44,052 bases of DNA from contig NIVC01002107.1 in the NCBI GenBank assembly GCA_002269645.1, forward strand, positions 1 through 44,052, given 5' to 3'. The stretch comes from Macrostomum lignano (taxonomy: Eukaryota). The number at the start of each line of letters is the position of its first letter. The stretch's first letter is position 1. The translations under genes and the position numbers were made by a program. Shown piece by piece: positions 1 through 19,823 of this stretch. Under the pieces are notes generated by a model that was not told the origin of the DNA, did not search any database, and saw only the letters and a program-made list of their open reading frames with translations.

Positions 1-1594
1 AAACGAGTGTATTAAAAAAAAAGACGAAGTTCAGTGGGACACTACTCGGCAATAACCAATGTATATATTTTTTGTTTCTTTATCTCATTAAAAAAATAGA
101 AACTTTTCTTTAACATGTATATTTTGTTTTACTATAAACATTTTTTATGCTTGGCAATTTCATTTTAAAAACACTATTTTACAAATTATCAGCTTTACGA
201 TAACCTCACTGGAGTCCCTACTATAGGGTAATATTAGAGTTTCTATAGCTATGCAATACAGAGAATTGGAATAAGCCATAGTTTTACTTATAGCTACAGC
301 ACATAGACCCCCCTTACAATGGAACATAATAAATTTTGTTAGCAGTTTCAAAAATATATAAACAATAATAGAAGTAACAAAAAAAATTATTATAAAAATT
401 TAATGCATATTGGTTTTTGCAATAGACAAAAAATTAAACTAATAGTATATTAAGCTAACATAATTGTATACAAATGTATAAAATTATACAATTAAAGTTT
501 TGTTTGTTATACTAGGCTAAATTAAATTCAAATTTGAACAAAAACATTAGAAAACTTCTAATTCAATAATCTTTGTCTAGGCCCTATAGCTTAAGACACT
601 AAGCTTAGTCAAATCATCATATTCCATTTTGTCATTTGCCTAAATTGCAAGCAAGCCTATTGCCTTGGCTATGTTTCTATGTTATGACAAAGTGACTAAG
701 AATTTAATTCCAGCATGCACATGCCACTTTCCACTTTTTTGACTATGCCATCTATGGTACATTTGCAGCATTGTAACATTAAAAAACACAAAAACTTGAA
801 CAATATAGTACACTTTGCTAATGTAACCAACCAATGAGAAATAATATCACTGTTCAATAGTCATGTCACTGAAAATAGATTTAAAGATTTTTATAGAATA
901 CAGGTATATATTACAGTTTTGAAAAAAAAATACTGAAAAAATGAAAACTACAGAAAATAAAAATGCCTCCTTCAACATGTACCAATTTTACTTCTCATAA
1001 ACAAGTTGTTTCTAAGGAATGACTAAATAATATATATTGAGCAATGAATTAGATTAAAATACGAAGATAAAATCTTTTATTTACTTATTTTGTAAATTGC
1101 AACAGAAAACATAATTTAAAGTAGCAAAGTATTTAGACATTTAGAAAGTATTTAATACTTTATTATTTTATAATTAAAACGCTTAACTTAATTTTTAAAT
1201 TTTTAAAGACGCAGTAAAGTTTTTTTTGTTTTAACTGTTTTAATTTCATGACGTCTACGCCTGACGGGTTTAAATTGTTTCGAGTAAAATATATCCAGCA
1301 TATGGATCAAAGTGTATTATTCAGACACTAGCAGAGGCATCGCCACAGAAAACAGGAGGGGCATGTCCCCTAGTAAAAACTACTAAGTACAGCAATGCAT
1401 GTAGATATCTACACGTGTGCCTGTATACATTACAAGTATATATTTATTTAAGGGTTTGCAATTTGTACATGTAACAAATCGTGCGTACTACTACGCCTTT
1501 CCGCTGTGTCCTCGGACAGAGCAGCTAAGTCAAAGATATCAAAGGTTGCTCTCCAAGCGTTTAGAACTTTTTGAAATATCTTTCATTAAGGTAC

Positions 1595-2975
1595 GCGGTG
1601 AGGAGGCACCCAACATGGACCACGTACGGCGCACATCGTCGCAGTTCCAAAGAAGCCGTAGGCACCACGAGGCTTGAGGAGCATCGAGGTATCTGCCTTC
1701 AGTCCTGCGCTGCGAAGTTTTTCAACCGGATGCTGTTATCGCGGTTGCAGCCTAGCCGCAGAACGACTTCCGGCCCCATCGCGGCACAGTGACGCAGATC
1801 CTGGCTCTTCAGCGAGTCATCGAGGAAGCACGGATGCGGCAGTCGATCCTGATTGTTATCTTCATAGATTTCAAGAAGACATTCGACTCGGTGGTCGGCT
1901 CTGTGCTCCCAAAGGCGCTCCGTGCGTACAACGTGCCAGAGCAGCTGATTTCCGCCATCATGGCGATGTACCGCGATACGAAAGCTGCTCTTTCAACACC
2001 GGACGGCCTATCGGACTTTTTTGAAAAATTCTCCGGGGTGCCTCAGGGAGATACGCTTGCACCGTTCCTGTTCGCTCTGGTGCTTGACTGGTACGTGCTG
2101 CACGCACGGATCGCTCTTACGACGACGGCTTTCTGTTGCGGCGACGCGTGGGTCGACGTCAACCGGAGAGGCGGCTCAGCGTGCTTGCCTACGCTGGCGA
2201 TCTCGCGGCCTGCTGTCCTCAACTGTCGAGCCCAGCGACAACTGTGCAAGCTATACTACTAGTTGCTGTTGCGGCGAGTGTCGGCCTGGTGGTCAACACG
2301 CAGAAGACCGTCGTGCTCTGCGTGCCGGACGACATCGAGGCTGAAATTTTGTGAGAGGCGCTATAATGGACAGGCAACAGAGCTTCCGCGTTTTCAGCAG
2401 TTCATCTACCTCGGCGGTCTGGTTTCCGCCGTCCGCGAGGATTTGCGGCGTCGCCGCGGGCTTGCCTGGGCTAGCTGCCTTTCGTTCTGTGAAGGCAGTC
2501 CTGCAGTCCGAGGCTGTAACTGACCGCCAAAGGGTGGCGTTGTTCCAGGCGGTGATCGAGACCGTTCTGCTGTACAACGCCGAGACCTGGACGCTGAAGG
2601 AGTCGCTGGCCTGCTGGTCTGCTGCGCGCAGCCTTTAAAATCGGTTTTACGAGTGAGTGACCAACGCGGCTTTGTATCACCGCGTCGGCCTGGTGTCTGT
2701 CCCATGCAGCGACCTGTTGCGCCGTCGGCGCCTCCAGCTGGCAGGCCGCATCATCCGCGCCGAGTCGTACTGCCCAGAGCCGGTGCAGGAGGTGCTGCTG
2801 CTAACGCTGCAGGCACCCTACCGGCGGGGGCAGGCGCGCACTCGGCGTTTCATCGACTGCCTGCTGGCTGACGCCGGCGCCCCGGATTCGGCCGGCGGCG
2901 TGGCGTTCATTCGCGACCGGGGCTTGAGGCGCGCCCTGTGACGCTGAACGCGTATTCTGTTTTTGTTTTTTTGTT
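1595..2975 (+). mobile_element. 5'-truncated, frameshifted non-LTR retrotransposon (RTE-like reverse transcriptase remnant)
   Basis: RT motifs appear in order across several frames: AHIVAVPKKP, HRGICLQSCAAKFFNRMLL, IFIDFKKTFDSV, GVPQGDTLAPFLF, LAYAGDL (degenerate YADD), GLVVNTQKT, FIYLGG, LFQAVIETVLLYNAETWTL, then an RTE-type C-terminus (RRRRLQLAGRIIR) and a T-rich 3' end. Confidence 0.9.
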
Positions 2976-3659
2976 ATTATGTATATACTACTGCATTCTG
3001 CGGCAACTAAAAATGCATCGTGTGCTCCACACCTCAGATGCAACCAGAAACATACAACGAATGCTGTCTCCACGCTGGACAATTATCCTCAAAAAGCAGT
3101 ACCTCGATCTCCATAAAGTACCTATACATGCACTGTAGTTGTCTCAGATGAAAGCTATGCGATGCAATAGTACCCCAGTCTGAGCAAACTTTGACGATCG
3201 ATCTTGGTTGCTGGAAATGTGTCAGTCACGCCAAATCGCTTAGGGAATTGAACTACTCCTTATAATTGCATTGCTAGCTGAAAGCATGTGGAAGGAAAGG
3301 CCTGATCTACAGCTGCACAGTGAGAACCCGTCTCGTGTCCTCATCGACTAAAGGCAAATTGCAGAGAAATGCAACTCAATTTTTGGTTTGCCAGTCCAAC
3401 ATTGAAGCCGACCGACGCTGCTAGCTCACACTACCAAAACTGTCAACTCCTTTTGTGTTTAGCAAGCCATTAGCTTGCGTTAGTGACTCACCATCACTTT
3501 AATCAGAAACTCTACTGACATGGTATTTTAAAGAGACGTTTTACAAGTGGAATGATCCGAATTTCACCTGCTGCAGTTGAGACTGGATTGACGCACATTA
3601 GATTACTTTGCCTGAAAAATCAACTGGACAACTGAAACGCTAAAGAAAGCACATCAAGG

Positions 3660-4490
3660 ATGCAGTCAAACATCATCATCTGGATAAGTTTCCTTTGCGG
3701 TCTCGCAGCGCTTCTGGCTGTCGCAGCTGCGGAGGTGCCCAGGCCGGCTGTCCGGTTCACCGCGGCCTGGACGGGCAGCGCTGTCGCTCCGCCGGAGTTT
3801 CTATCGCAGCCCGGACTCAGCGAGCGCAGCTGCGGCTTCATGTGCAGCCACAGGCCGGACTGCTTCGGCTTCTACTGGCTGCTCGGAGCGTGTCGGCTGT
3901 TCGACCTGCAGGCGTTTTACGATGCCAGCGCCTGGGTCAGCACCGGCAAGTGCGACGTCTTCGTGCTGGGTGCGTTTCTGGTGCTTTCGCTCACTTTGGT
4001 TCTTTTTTGTTAATATGACAACTGTTTCTGTAAACTCATTGATTGTATCTTATGAGTAGATACATTTATTGTCTCTCCATCAGATTTCAAGAAGCTGCCT
4101 GCTGCGGACTGCAGCCAGAGCTCAACCAGTCCGAAATGGTTCTACCCATGCAACAGAGCCATCGACGGTAACACGAGCCAGTCTCTGTGGTCCGACTCCT
4201 GCACTCACACTCAGTTCAATGCTAGCGAGTGGTGGGAGGCCGGCCTCACAGCTCCGTCTCTCGTGTCCTTCGTCACCATCCACAACAGGCAGGACTGCTG
4301 CGCTGAGAGGCTCAACAAGTTCGACCTGCTGGTTGACGGGTCCGTGTGCAACCAGGTGAGGCTCAGCGCTCCGTTCTCCGTGGCCAACTTCACCTGCGGC
4401 GCTTTCGGCTCTCGGTTCCGAGTTGTGGCTCGCAGCGACCCGCCAACAGCCCTCACCATCTGCGAGTTCATGGCCTACGGCTTCTTCTGA
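3660..4490 (+). CDS. Secreted PAN/apple-like + F-type lectin (fucolectin) domain protein; exons 3660-3969 and 4084-4490
   Basis: Hydrophobic signal peptide; PAN-like SCGFMCSHRPDCFGFYWLLGACRLF; phase-1 GT-AG intron 3970-4083; exon 2 reads AIDGN..SCTHT..WWEA..VTIHNRQDCCAERL..LTICEFMAYG, which contains the F-type lectin His...R-x-D-x4-R fucose-binding motif. Confidence 0.9.
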
Positions 4491-5845
4491 TCGAGGAATT
4501 CTGAGAAATTCAATGTTGGATCACGGGATGCCCAGTGAAATACCATAATAGTTAAAAAGTCGGTTACAAAATAACCATCCTGATTCGAAAGCCCTTTGAC
4601 ATGTTTGTGTTATAATCACCTGCTGCTATTTTCCAAGTTTTCTGAATATTCAGAGAATTCGATCTTCTTTTCCCCTTCTACCGCTTAATTTGACATCGCT
4701 TTTAAGAAGCCGGTCAATCAATTTCCATTTATTCAAACTCAGAAAAATTAATCGTAATGGGACATATGGGCTATGAAGGATGTACATCTATAGTCAAACT
4801 CTCCTCAATACGACTACTAATCAACAACTTTTGACTCTCCTGCTTTTTCTGAACGAATTTCAAGAAAGAAAAGTCAACTTGGCAGAAAATAAATAAGAAA
4901 AATCAATGACCAGCAAGTTCAGATCCTGATCAAGTTGCTGTCGGTCGAAACTGCTGCCACAAAATTGTTTCTGGATTGCCAATTTATTTAAATTGTTTTT
5001 CAGTGTGCAGGCACGGAATGGTTGCTGGCATAGTCTAACGAGAATGTAGATAAAAACTGCTTCAAGTTTCACAGGCCATACTGTCGGTTGCTGTGCATTG
5101 CAATCATTATGCTCTGTCGATCCCACCCCGCGTGGTTTTGGAAATCAATAATTTTGCTTTAGGGTGCTAAAATATATGTGCATGTATAAGTAGCACCTGC
5201 GGCACCGAAATAGGTGGCGCCGAATGAGTTCCTGTGGCGCCATAATGAGGCGCCAATTTACATTTAAGAACAAATACTAAACGTCGGAACCACAGAGAAG
5301 ACAGAAACCAAATGGGATAATTATAGGAGCTATGGTACTCGTGGTACATTTATATTGATATTGCAGGGGGGTTGTGGCCGCACCCTGGCGAAACGCATCG
5401 TCCCACAACCAGCGCTGACGGTAATTCTGCCTATATTCCACTGACTCCAGAGCTTCTCGATCTTTAACCTGATTGGACGATGCCCAAAACTCAACCGATT
5501 GGCTGAAGACTGCAGCTAAATACACAAAACTTTAGCAATACACAGACAGATACAGGACGGTGGGAACTCCGTGAAAAATAAACCAATCGCTGAAGACTAA
5601 AGACTGCTGTCAATAAATTTAAAGCTGCTAGTTCAAAGCACCTTTAATTAATTCCGTTGAACATTACAATTGTTGCTTTTGCAAAATGAAAATTCTACAA
5701 ATGTTCCTCTATCTTGCGGCTTGTTGGACAGCTTTCTTAGTTATTTGTCTGCAGTGCTGCACACTATTTGGTAAGAGGCTGATGTTGAATATTCTACATA
5801 AAAAACTATTTTGCAGATATCAGCAAGCTAAGAATATGTATATAT

Positions 5846-5934
5846 GATATTCTATGGGTTTGAGGTCGGTATGTGATTATTTCACTTCACGAGGGATTTA
5901 AGTGAAATACCGACCGAAAAAACCATAGAATATC
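5846..5934. repeat. Imperfect 89-bp hairpin (foldback/MITE-like)
   Basis: Three nested reverse-complement pairs: GATATTCTATGG/CCATAGAATATC, GGTCGGTAT/ATACCGACC, TATTTCACTT/AAGTGAAATA. Confidence 0.75.
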
Positions 5935-6857
5935 TTATTTAAACTACTTTAATTTTGCGGGATGTATTCAGATAAATCCCGGAGCCATACTTGTATGTCT
6001 ATGGTTGAAGTTGGGGATGGGGTGTGGGGGCGAAGCCCCCACATTCTTACCATAGACAAAATTTCATTAAGAAATTTCTCGAGTCACGAAGGAAGAGAAG
6101 AGAGAAGCTCGCTTATTTAGACACATACAATAATCCTTGCAATATGTCCGGGAAAGTGATCGAATAAATCCCACAAAATAAAATCTACTTCAATAACCTC
6201 CCTGAAAGTGAGCTTTAAAGTGGTTTAAATGCTGTTTACCATAGATATTGTTAAGCAGCTATTCCTAATTCCTATTCCTAACTGAACATGCAGCAGATAC
6301 ATGGAATAGGCAGCAAAAGGGAATGATTTTTATTGTAACTCCAGGATCAACTATGAATATTGCTCGATTACCATAGACAGCAGCTGTGTCTATAGTCTAT
6401 GGTTTGACTGTACTGAGTGTGGAAGTCCTTTTTGTAGAAGGCGGGAACTGGCATTGTAAGCGCCAGACCATAGACACTGCATAGTGACGCAAGTTGACAG
6501 ATACATAGTGCGGGTAAAAGGCCAGGTTGACCATATATTTTTTCACTTTTATTTTATGCTTAATAGGTCAGATCTTTGTTGAAAAAAGACAAGCCTTGGA
6601 GCATCGAGGAACACATGTTCTCTGAACCGTATCAGAGCCTAAATTATCCCACTTCGAACCGTGTCATACAATTATTTACAGCTTTTGAATCCTTAGAGTC
6701 TCTTTGATATAATTAGTATGGTAGGAGAATTTTAATGATGTTCTGCTTAAAAAATGCAGTTACAGGTCGTACAGTGCTAACTAGGGCCGCCGAAAACGTT
6801 GAAGAATATTCATCTATTCATCTCTAACTAGCTTTTACATGTCAATAAAGGGGATTT

Positions 6858-7239
6858 ACATACAACATCGGTAAATTTTATCTGTCGAAAACCGCATTCG
6901 ATTCGTGCATTGGGTAACAGGAGCTTCAGCCCTTGATGATATAGCAAAAATGAGATGAAGACCGCAGGCAGCAGTTTCCGGATCGCGCTTTACGCCAGAG
7001 ACAGATGCTATGTTAAAGCAAGTTCTCGCTACCGGGAGAGCAACCATCTACCTCTTAGTCGGAGAAGGTCTAGGGACACTCCGCAACACCCGCCATGGGT
7101 TGATCGGCATTGGTGTCCCGCTGTATCCGGATGCCCGGAGTCCACTGCAGCTGAGTCAAGCGAGTCAAGGGTAAGTCAGTCACAATGCTGGAATCGAATG
7201 CAGTTTTCGACAGCAGATAAAAGTCACAAATGTTGAATG
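6858..7239. mobile_element. Old non-autonomous DNA transposon (MITE) with about 60-bp imperfect TIRs and TA flanks
   Basis: TA|CATACAACAT..TTTTATCTGTCGAAAACCGCATTCGATTC on the left mirrors GAATCGAATGCAGTTTTCGACAGCAGATAAAA..ATGTTGAATG|TA on the right. Confidence 0.6.
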
Positions 7240-8709
7240 TAGCGTTGTATATTTATAGATCAGGGGGTAAGACTGCCGAACAAGAGTCAAGTAAAATGAA
7301 AAGCTTTTTGGGACACCCGTTAGACGATTACACTACGATGGAGTACCTAAAAATATATGGTTGCTTTCTGGACCACCACGAGGGAAATAAACTTTTAATA
7401 CAGCTACCTATCGTCTCGCGCTGCTCCGTAGAACGCATCTAATAAATAATTCTGTTGTGTAATCCATTCTTTAACACCCCAACAACTTTATCTAAACCTA
7501 AATTATTCAATACAGACTGTCAAATACTTTGCGAAAGAAATAAGAATTAAGTTTAATGAAAACACATCGCGTGAGGTGTAGCACGTGTGTGACACATTTC
7601 TTTGATTAAATACTTAATTGAAAGATCATGGGACAGTCGACGGAACTGTCTACCAGCAAAAGAAGTTTAGAGACCAAAGCAGGAATTCCGCCAACATCAT
7701 GTACTCGCATTTTGAAATTGGAGCTATAGAATAAACACTGTGAGCTTTGCTGGAAAAGAATTCACTTCCTTGAAGTTAATACTTTCTTTGGCTCACTGTT
7801 TGTGCATCTCTCTGCCCACTCCCTGTCTGGTTGCTGTGCTCCAACTCCAGGATCCGTCTGCCCCCCTCCCCCGGGCAATTTCCTTCCCATTTCTCTAATA
7901 CTTTTGCTCCCGAAGTTCCTTCCGTCCCAGCTGGACGGCTCTCTAGCTTTCCCAGCCTTCATTCCGTCCTCCTGCAGGGGGTCTCGTCACTCCGGTTCCT
8001 GACTATTCGCTTCTCCAAAACCAGGCGCCCCCATCCAGGAATCGCTTTTTTGCCGGGCGACGCGGGAAATGAGAAATTGAATGTGTCGTAACCGAATTAT
8101 CGCCCCCTTCCGGCACCAACGCTCACGGCTGAGAATTGTTACTCTCCAAAGCAGCGTCATCCGTGGAGCTGCAATCTGCTTTTTTAGCCAGTCCCGCAAC
8201 TAACTCCACTCAAATCAGACGGCGCGTGACTTGCAGGATGTGCTTGTTGATTACAGCCCGACTGTCTACTGATGCACCATTTTGAATACTTTGTTTACTA
8301 TTGACTTTGTTGTTGTCTGGCATCAAATGAAATTTTGCGCAAAGGTCAGCTACAAGAACCAAAAGGTTGTATGGAAGTGAAAAAGAAAAGACTGCAAAAA
8401 CCATGATTGCCGAAACATGTCGACACGAACCGCTTGTGCTAGGTAAAACGTTTTGCTGAATCTGAATATGACACTGATTATCAGCTTTGTTCTAGGCGTG
8501 AATTTTAGTTTAAAAGACTAATAATTTACGCCCCAAAAGGGAACTCTCTTTCAAAATCGAAACAGGCAGAAAATCTCTCTCATGATTAGCAGCTGGGTCT
8601 CAGATGAATTTTCGAGACATTCGAGCAAGAATCCAAAATATCTGAGTTGATTTTCAATTTGATGAGGTCTGAGTAGTCTCAGGTACCAACTAACTCCATC
8701 TGCTAACAG

Positions 8710-15204
<6,495 letters not shown>

Positions 15205-16020
15205 ACTATGCGTAGCCGAAATACCTTTTCGGGAAATTGTGTACTGTAGATAAAAGTTGCCTACTGCTTGTAAAACAACATTGGTTCTAATGCTACAGTC
15301 TGTCACATTATGCACCAATATGCTGTTGTTTGTCGGCCGCAGCCAAGGATGTCAACTTACGCCCCTAAAATGGAGCCCAGAGTAACGCTCTGGACCAAAG
15401 TCGACTGTCATTGGTATCCTAAAACGCCGGATATCCCTCCTTGTGCTCCCAGGATGAAAAAAGGCTTGATACAAGAGACCACCAGGCACTAGTTTGCAAG
15501 GCATCATCAGCTGAGCCATCAAAAAATTGAACAGGACGTTTGATCGCCCGAAAATTGGTCTCATTTGATAGCTGCGCGAACGAGCCTTAAGAGTCCATTG
15601 ATTGATACTGTAAATATGTTGGAATTATTTAGACATAATTAAGCTTCTAAATAAGCAATAGAAGTGTGTTTCTCTCAATTGATAGAATCTGCTCACCTGT
15701 TTGCAAATCACCGATAGCCCAATAGTTACCGCCTACTAGGTAACTAAAAATTACTTGAAATGCTGCTTTTTATTACTTATAGTAGCCACCTATCAACTAA
15801 CTCTTTAAGTAAGTTTTAATAAATTTCGATTTTGACACTTTGTGAGTGAATCTGAGCAGCGATACATTCAGTTTTACATTTATTTTAACAAACTTTTTCA
15901 TCTCGCTGGTCTGTCTAGGAATTTCGGCTTTGGTAAAAATGCAGGACGACTCATCCACAACAGAAGTCTATAATTTTCTCTCGAATGCATTTACAGTAAT
16001 GAACAGCAAAGAATGAAATT

Positions 16021-18211
16021 CATTAGGGCCAACCCATTAGGACCAACCCATCAGTACCAACCCATTAGGGCCAACCCATTAGGGCCAACCCATTAGGGCA
16101 ATTACCCAATAGGGGGCCAACCCATTATTAGGGCCAACCCATTAGGGCAAACCCATTTAGGGCCAACCCATTATTAGGGCCAACCCATTAGACCATTAAC
16201 CCATTATTAGGGCCAACCCATTAGGAAACCCATTATTAGGGCCAACCCATTATTAGGGCCAACCCAACCCATTAGGGATTAGAACCAACCCATTATTAGG
16301 GCCAACCCATTAGGCCAATTAGGGCCAACCCAACCAACCCATTATTAGGGCCAACCCATTAGAACCAACCCATTATTAGGGCCAACCCATTAGGACCAAC
16401 CCATTAGGACCAACCCATTATTAGGCCAACCCATTAGAACCAACCCATTATTAGGGCCAACCCACCAAATTATTAGGGCCAACCCATTAGGACCAACCCA
16501 TTAGCACACCAACCCCAACCCATTATTAGGACCAACCCATTATTAGGGCCAACCCATTAGGGCCAACCCATTAGGACCAACCCATTATTATTAGGGCCAA
16601 CCCATTAGGGCAAACCCATTAGGACCAACCCATTATTAGGGCCAACCCATTAGAACCAACCCATTATTAGGGCCAACCCATTAGGCCAACCCATTATTAG
16701 GGCCAGCACAACCCATTATTAGGGCCAACCCATTAGGACCAACCCATTATTAGGGCCAACCCATTAGAACCAACCCATTATTAGGGCCAACCCATTAGGA
16801 CCAACCCATTATTAGGGCCAACCCATTAACCAACCCATTATAGGGCCCATTAGGAACCCATTATTAGGGTAGAACCAACCCATTAGGGGGCCAACCCATT
16901 AGGACCAACCCATTTTAGGGCCAACCCATTAGGGCCAACCCATTAGGGCCAACCCATTATTAGGGCCAACCCATTAGGGCCAACCCATTATTAGGGCCAA
17001 CCCATTATTAGGACCAACCCATTATTAGGGCCAACCCATTAGGACCAACCCATTATTAGGGCCAACCCATTAGGGCCAACCCATTAGGGCCAACCCATTA
17101 GGGCCAACCCATTAGGGCAAACCCATTAGGGCCAACCCATTATTAGGGCCAACCCATTAGGACCAACCCATTATTAGGGCCAACCCATTAGGACCAACCC
17201 ATTATTAGGGCCAACCCATTAGGACCAACCCATTATTAGGGCCAACCCATTAGGACCAACCCATTATTAGGGCCAACCCATTAGGACCAACCCATTAATT
17301 ATTAGGGCCAACCCATTAGGGCAAACCCATTAGGGCCAACCCATTATTAGGGCCAACCCATTAGGACCAACCCATTAGGGCCAACCCATTAGGGCCAACC
17401 CATTATTAGGGCCAACCCATTAGGACCAACCCATTATTAGGGCCAACCCATTAGGACCAACCCATTATTAGGGCCAACCCATTAGAACCAACCCATTATT
17501 AGGGCCAACCCATTAGGACCAACCCATTATTAGGGCCAACCCATTAGGACCAACCCATTATTAGGGCCAACCCATTAGGACCAACCTATTAATTATTAGG
17601 GCCAACCCATTAGGGCCAACCCATTAGGGCCAACCCATTAGGGCCAACCCATTAGGGCCAACCCATTAGGGCCAACCCATTAGGGCCAACCCATTAGGGC
17701 CAACCCATTAGGGCCAACCCATTATTAGGGCCAACCCATTAGGGACCAACCCATTATTAGGGCCAACCCATTAGGGCCAACCCATCATTAGGGCCAACCC
17801 ATTAGGGCCAACCCATTAGGGCCAACCCATTAGGACCAACCCATTACATTAGGGCCAACCCATTAGGGCAAACCCATTAGGGCCAACCCATTATTAGGGC
17901 CAACCCATTAGGACCAACCCACTATTAGGGCCAACCCATTAGCACATTAGGGCCAACCCATTATTAGGGCCAACCCATTAGGACCAACCCATTATTAGGG
18001 CCAACCCATTAGGACCAACCCATTATTAGGGCCAACCCATTAGGACCAACCCATTATTAGGGCCAACCCATTAGGGCCAACCCATTAGGGCCAACCCATT
18101 AGGCAACCCATTAGGGCCAACCCATTAGGACCAACCCATTATTAGGGCCAACCCATTAGGACCAACCTATTAATTATTAGGGCCAACCCATTAGGGCAAA
18201 CCCATTAGGGC
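16021..18211. repeat. Satellite of 14/17-bp units (TTAGGGCCAACCCA, TTAGGACCAACCCA, TTATTAGGGCCAACCCA), about 2.2 kb
   Basis: Directly visible tandem array, often alternating as a 31-bp dimer; there are no unique spacers. Confidence 0.97.
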
Positions 18212-18663
18212 ACCAAGGCCCTTAAGGCACTAAGGTTCAGAAAAATGCATCAGAAGCAAATTTCCACTTCTTTCTAATTGTTTCTACGGGCGCATTCTTG
18301 AAAAATCACTTTGCAAAAATTCGGAAAAATATTCGGAGCAAAATTGCAGTTCTTGCTATTAAAAAATGAAAATTTTCATTTCGTAAATTGGATTTTTGCA
18401 ACAAAAAAACTGTAGAAACTGCGGGTTGTTTCAATTCTCACTATTTCTGTTCGGATCAAAAGGGTGTCTTCGGTGTTTTTAATTGAAATTAAATTGCTCT
18501 CAGTTAAATTAAGCCCCGCGGCGGTACAGCTCAGAGGGACAGCAAATGTTGCTTGATGAATCTCGTAAATACGGGTACAACAATGTTTTTGTTAACGAAT
18601 TATCAGTTCTTTAATGGATTATCAAAGTTATCAAATTCATCAAATCATCGCATGTCCGCGGCA

Positions 18664-19512
18664 TCACACGGAAGCAACGCCGAACGCCTCGAACTCGCAC
18701 AAGTTGATGTCCCGCGGGTGGTAGGTTCTGCGGTTCACAATCCTCACTTGCGAGCCGAACGTGCCGCAGGTGAAGTTGGCCATGGAGAACGGCACGCTGA
18801 CGTTCACCTGCTTGCATTCGGACCCGTCAACGAGGAGATCGAGAGTGTTGAATCTGTCAGAGCAGCAGTCCTGCCTGTTGTGGATGGTGACGAAGGACAC
18901 GAAAGACAGGGCGGCGAGGACGGCCTCCCACCACTCATTCATGTTGTTTCCAGTGTGCGAGCAGGAACCAGCTTGCATATTCGAGTTCGTGTTGCCGTCA
19001 ATGGCCCGCTGGAAGACATTGTCCTGAGCTGTCGAACTCTGGTCGCAGTCGAGAATCTGCAGCTTCTCCAAAGCTGGATTCGGGTCAATAAAGACATGAA
19101 AATTGAAATAATCTGCATTGCATAGGCTTAATACACTTAGTTACATACAATAAGGTTTTGAAAACTTGGGAAGCTTCAAGCAAACTTTTACACCCAAAGC
19201 CTACCTATTACGAAGACCTCGCACTTGCCGGTGCTGACCCAGGCGCTGGCAATGTAAAACGCCTGCATGTCAAACAGCCGACACGCTCCGAGCAGCCAAT
19301 AGAAGCCGAAGCAGTCCGGCCTGAGGCCGCACATGAAGCCGCAGCTGATCTTGTTGGGTCCGGGCAGAGAAGCGAAATCTAGCGAGCGACAGCGCTGCCA
19401 CTGTTGGACTTGGTGAATTTCAGGACCAAGTTGCCGCCCTCAGCAGCAAAGAGAATTGCAAGACAATGGTGCTCATGGCAACCATGAAGTGTATAACAAA
19501 TCTGATGAGCAT
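18664..19512 (-). pseudogene. Second PAN/apple-like + F-type lectin gene (paralog of 3660-4490) with two apparent 1-bp deletions in exon 1; exons 19512-19205 and 19073-18664
   Basis: Exon 1 encodes SCGFMCGLRPDCFGFYWLLGACRLFDMQAFYIASAWVSTGKCEVFVI, close to paralog 1, with the same phase-1 intron position. Exon 2 has AIDGN, CSHT and TIHNRQDCCSDR. The frame breaks near 19459 and 19384. This is either a pseudogene or an assembly error. Confidence 0.8.
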
Positions 19513-19663
19513 TTTTATTCCACTTTTAAACAAATTTATCCGTATGACTACCCACAAAGTTGGCCATTCGAGGACGTGAAGTCGTTTTTAGCTAGACTGA
19601 TTTTGTACAAACTAGAGTTTATATGTTTATTGGATGAATCCAGTTGCTTTGTCACCCCATTGT

Positions 19664-19823
19664 CAGGGGCGTAGCCAGGAATTTCCTACGGGGGGATACA
19701 CCAAGGTAAAAGTGCTATGACAGAGTCACATAGTAGCATGTATAGCAACAAAGGGCAACAAAAAAGTTTTGGTCAGGCTATTCTGGGGGATACATCCCCC
19801 CTATCCCCCTCCCTACGCCCCTG
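19664..19823. mobile_element. hAT-type MITE, 160 bp
   Basis: 11-bp perfect TIRs CAGGGGCGTAG/CTACGCCCCTG with a perfect 8-bp TSD CCCATTGT (19656-19663 and 19824-19831). Confidence 0.9.

Noticed and set aside
5190-5250. Short cluster of GGCGCC/GGCACC motifs
   Set aside because: Only four degenerate units, too short to assign as an element or regulatory array.
7760-8200. Possible LINE remnant or gene in a GC-richer patch
   Set aside because: No diagnostic motif could be confirmed in any frame.
16021-18211. CRISPR array or true telomere
   Set aside because: There are no unique spacers or cas genes, and TTAGGG is never tandem; it is always separated by CCAACCCA.
18553-19125. 190-aa plus-strand ORF, and similar ORFs such as 14629-15132 (-), 34591-34947 (-) and 35362-35712 (-)
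   Set aside because: Antisense shadows of real GC-rich exons.
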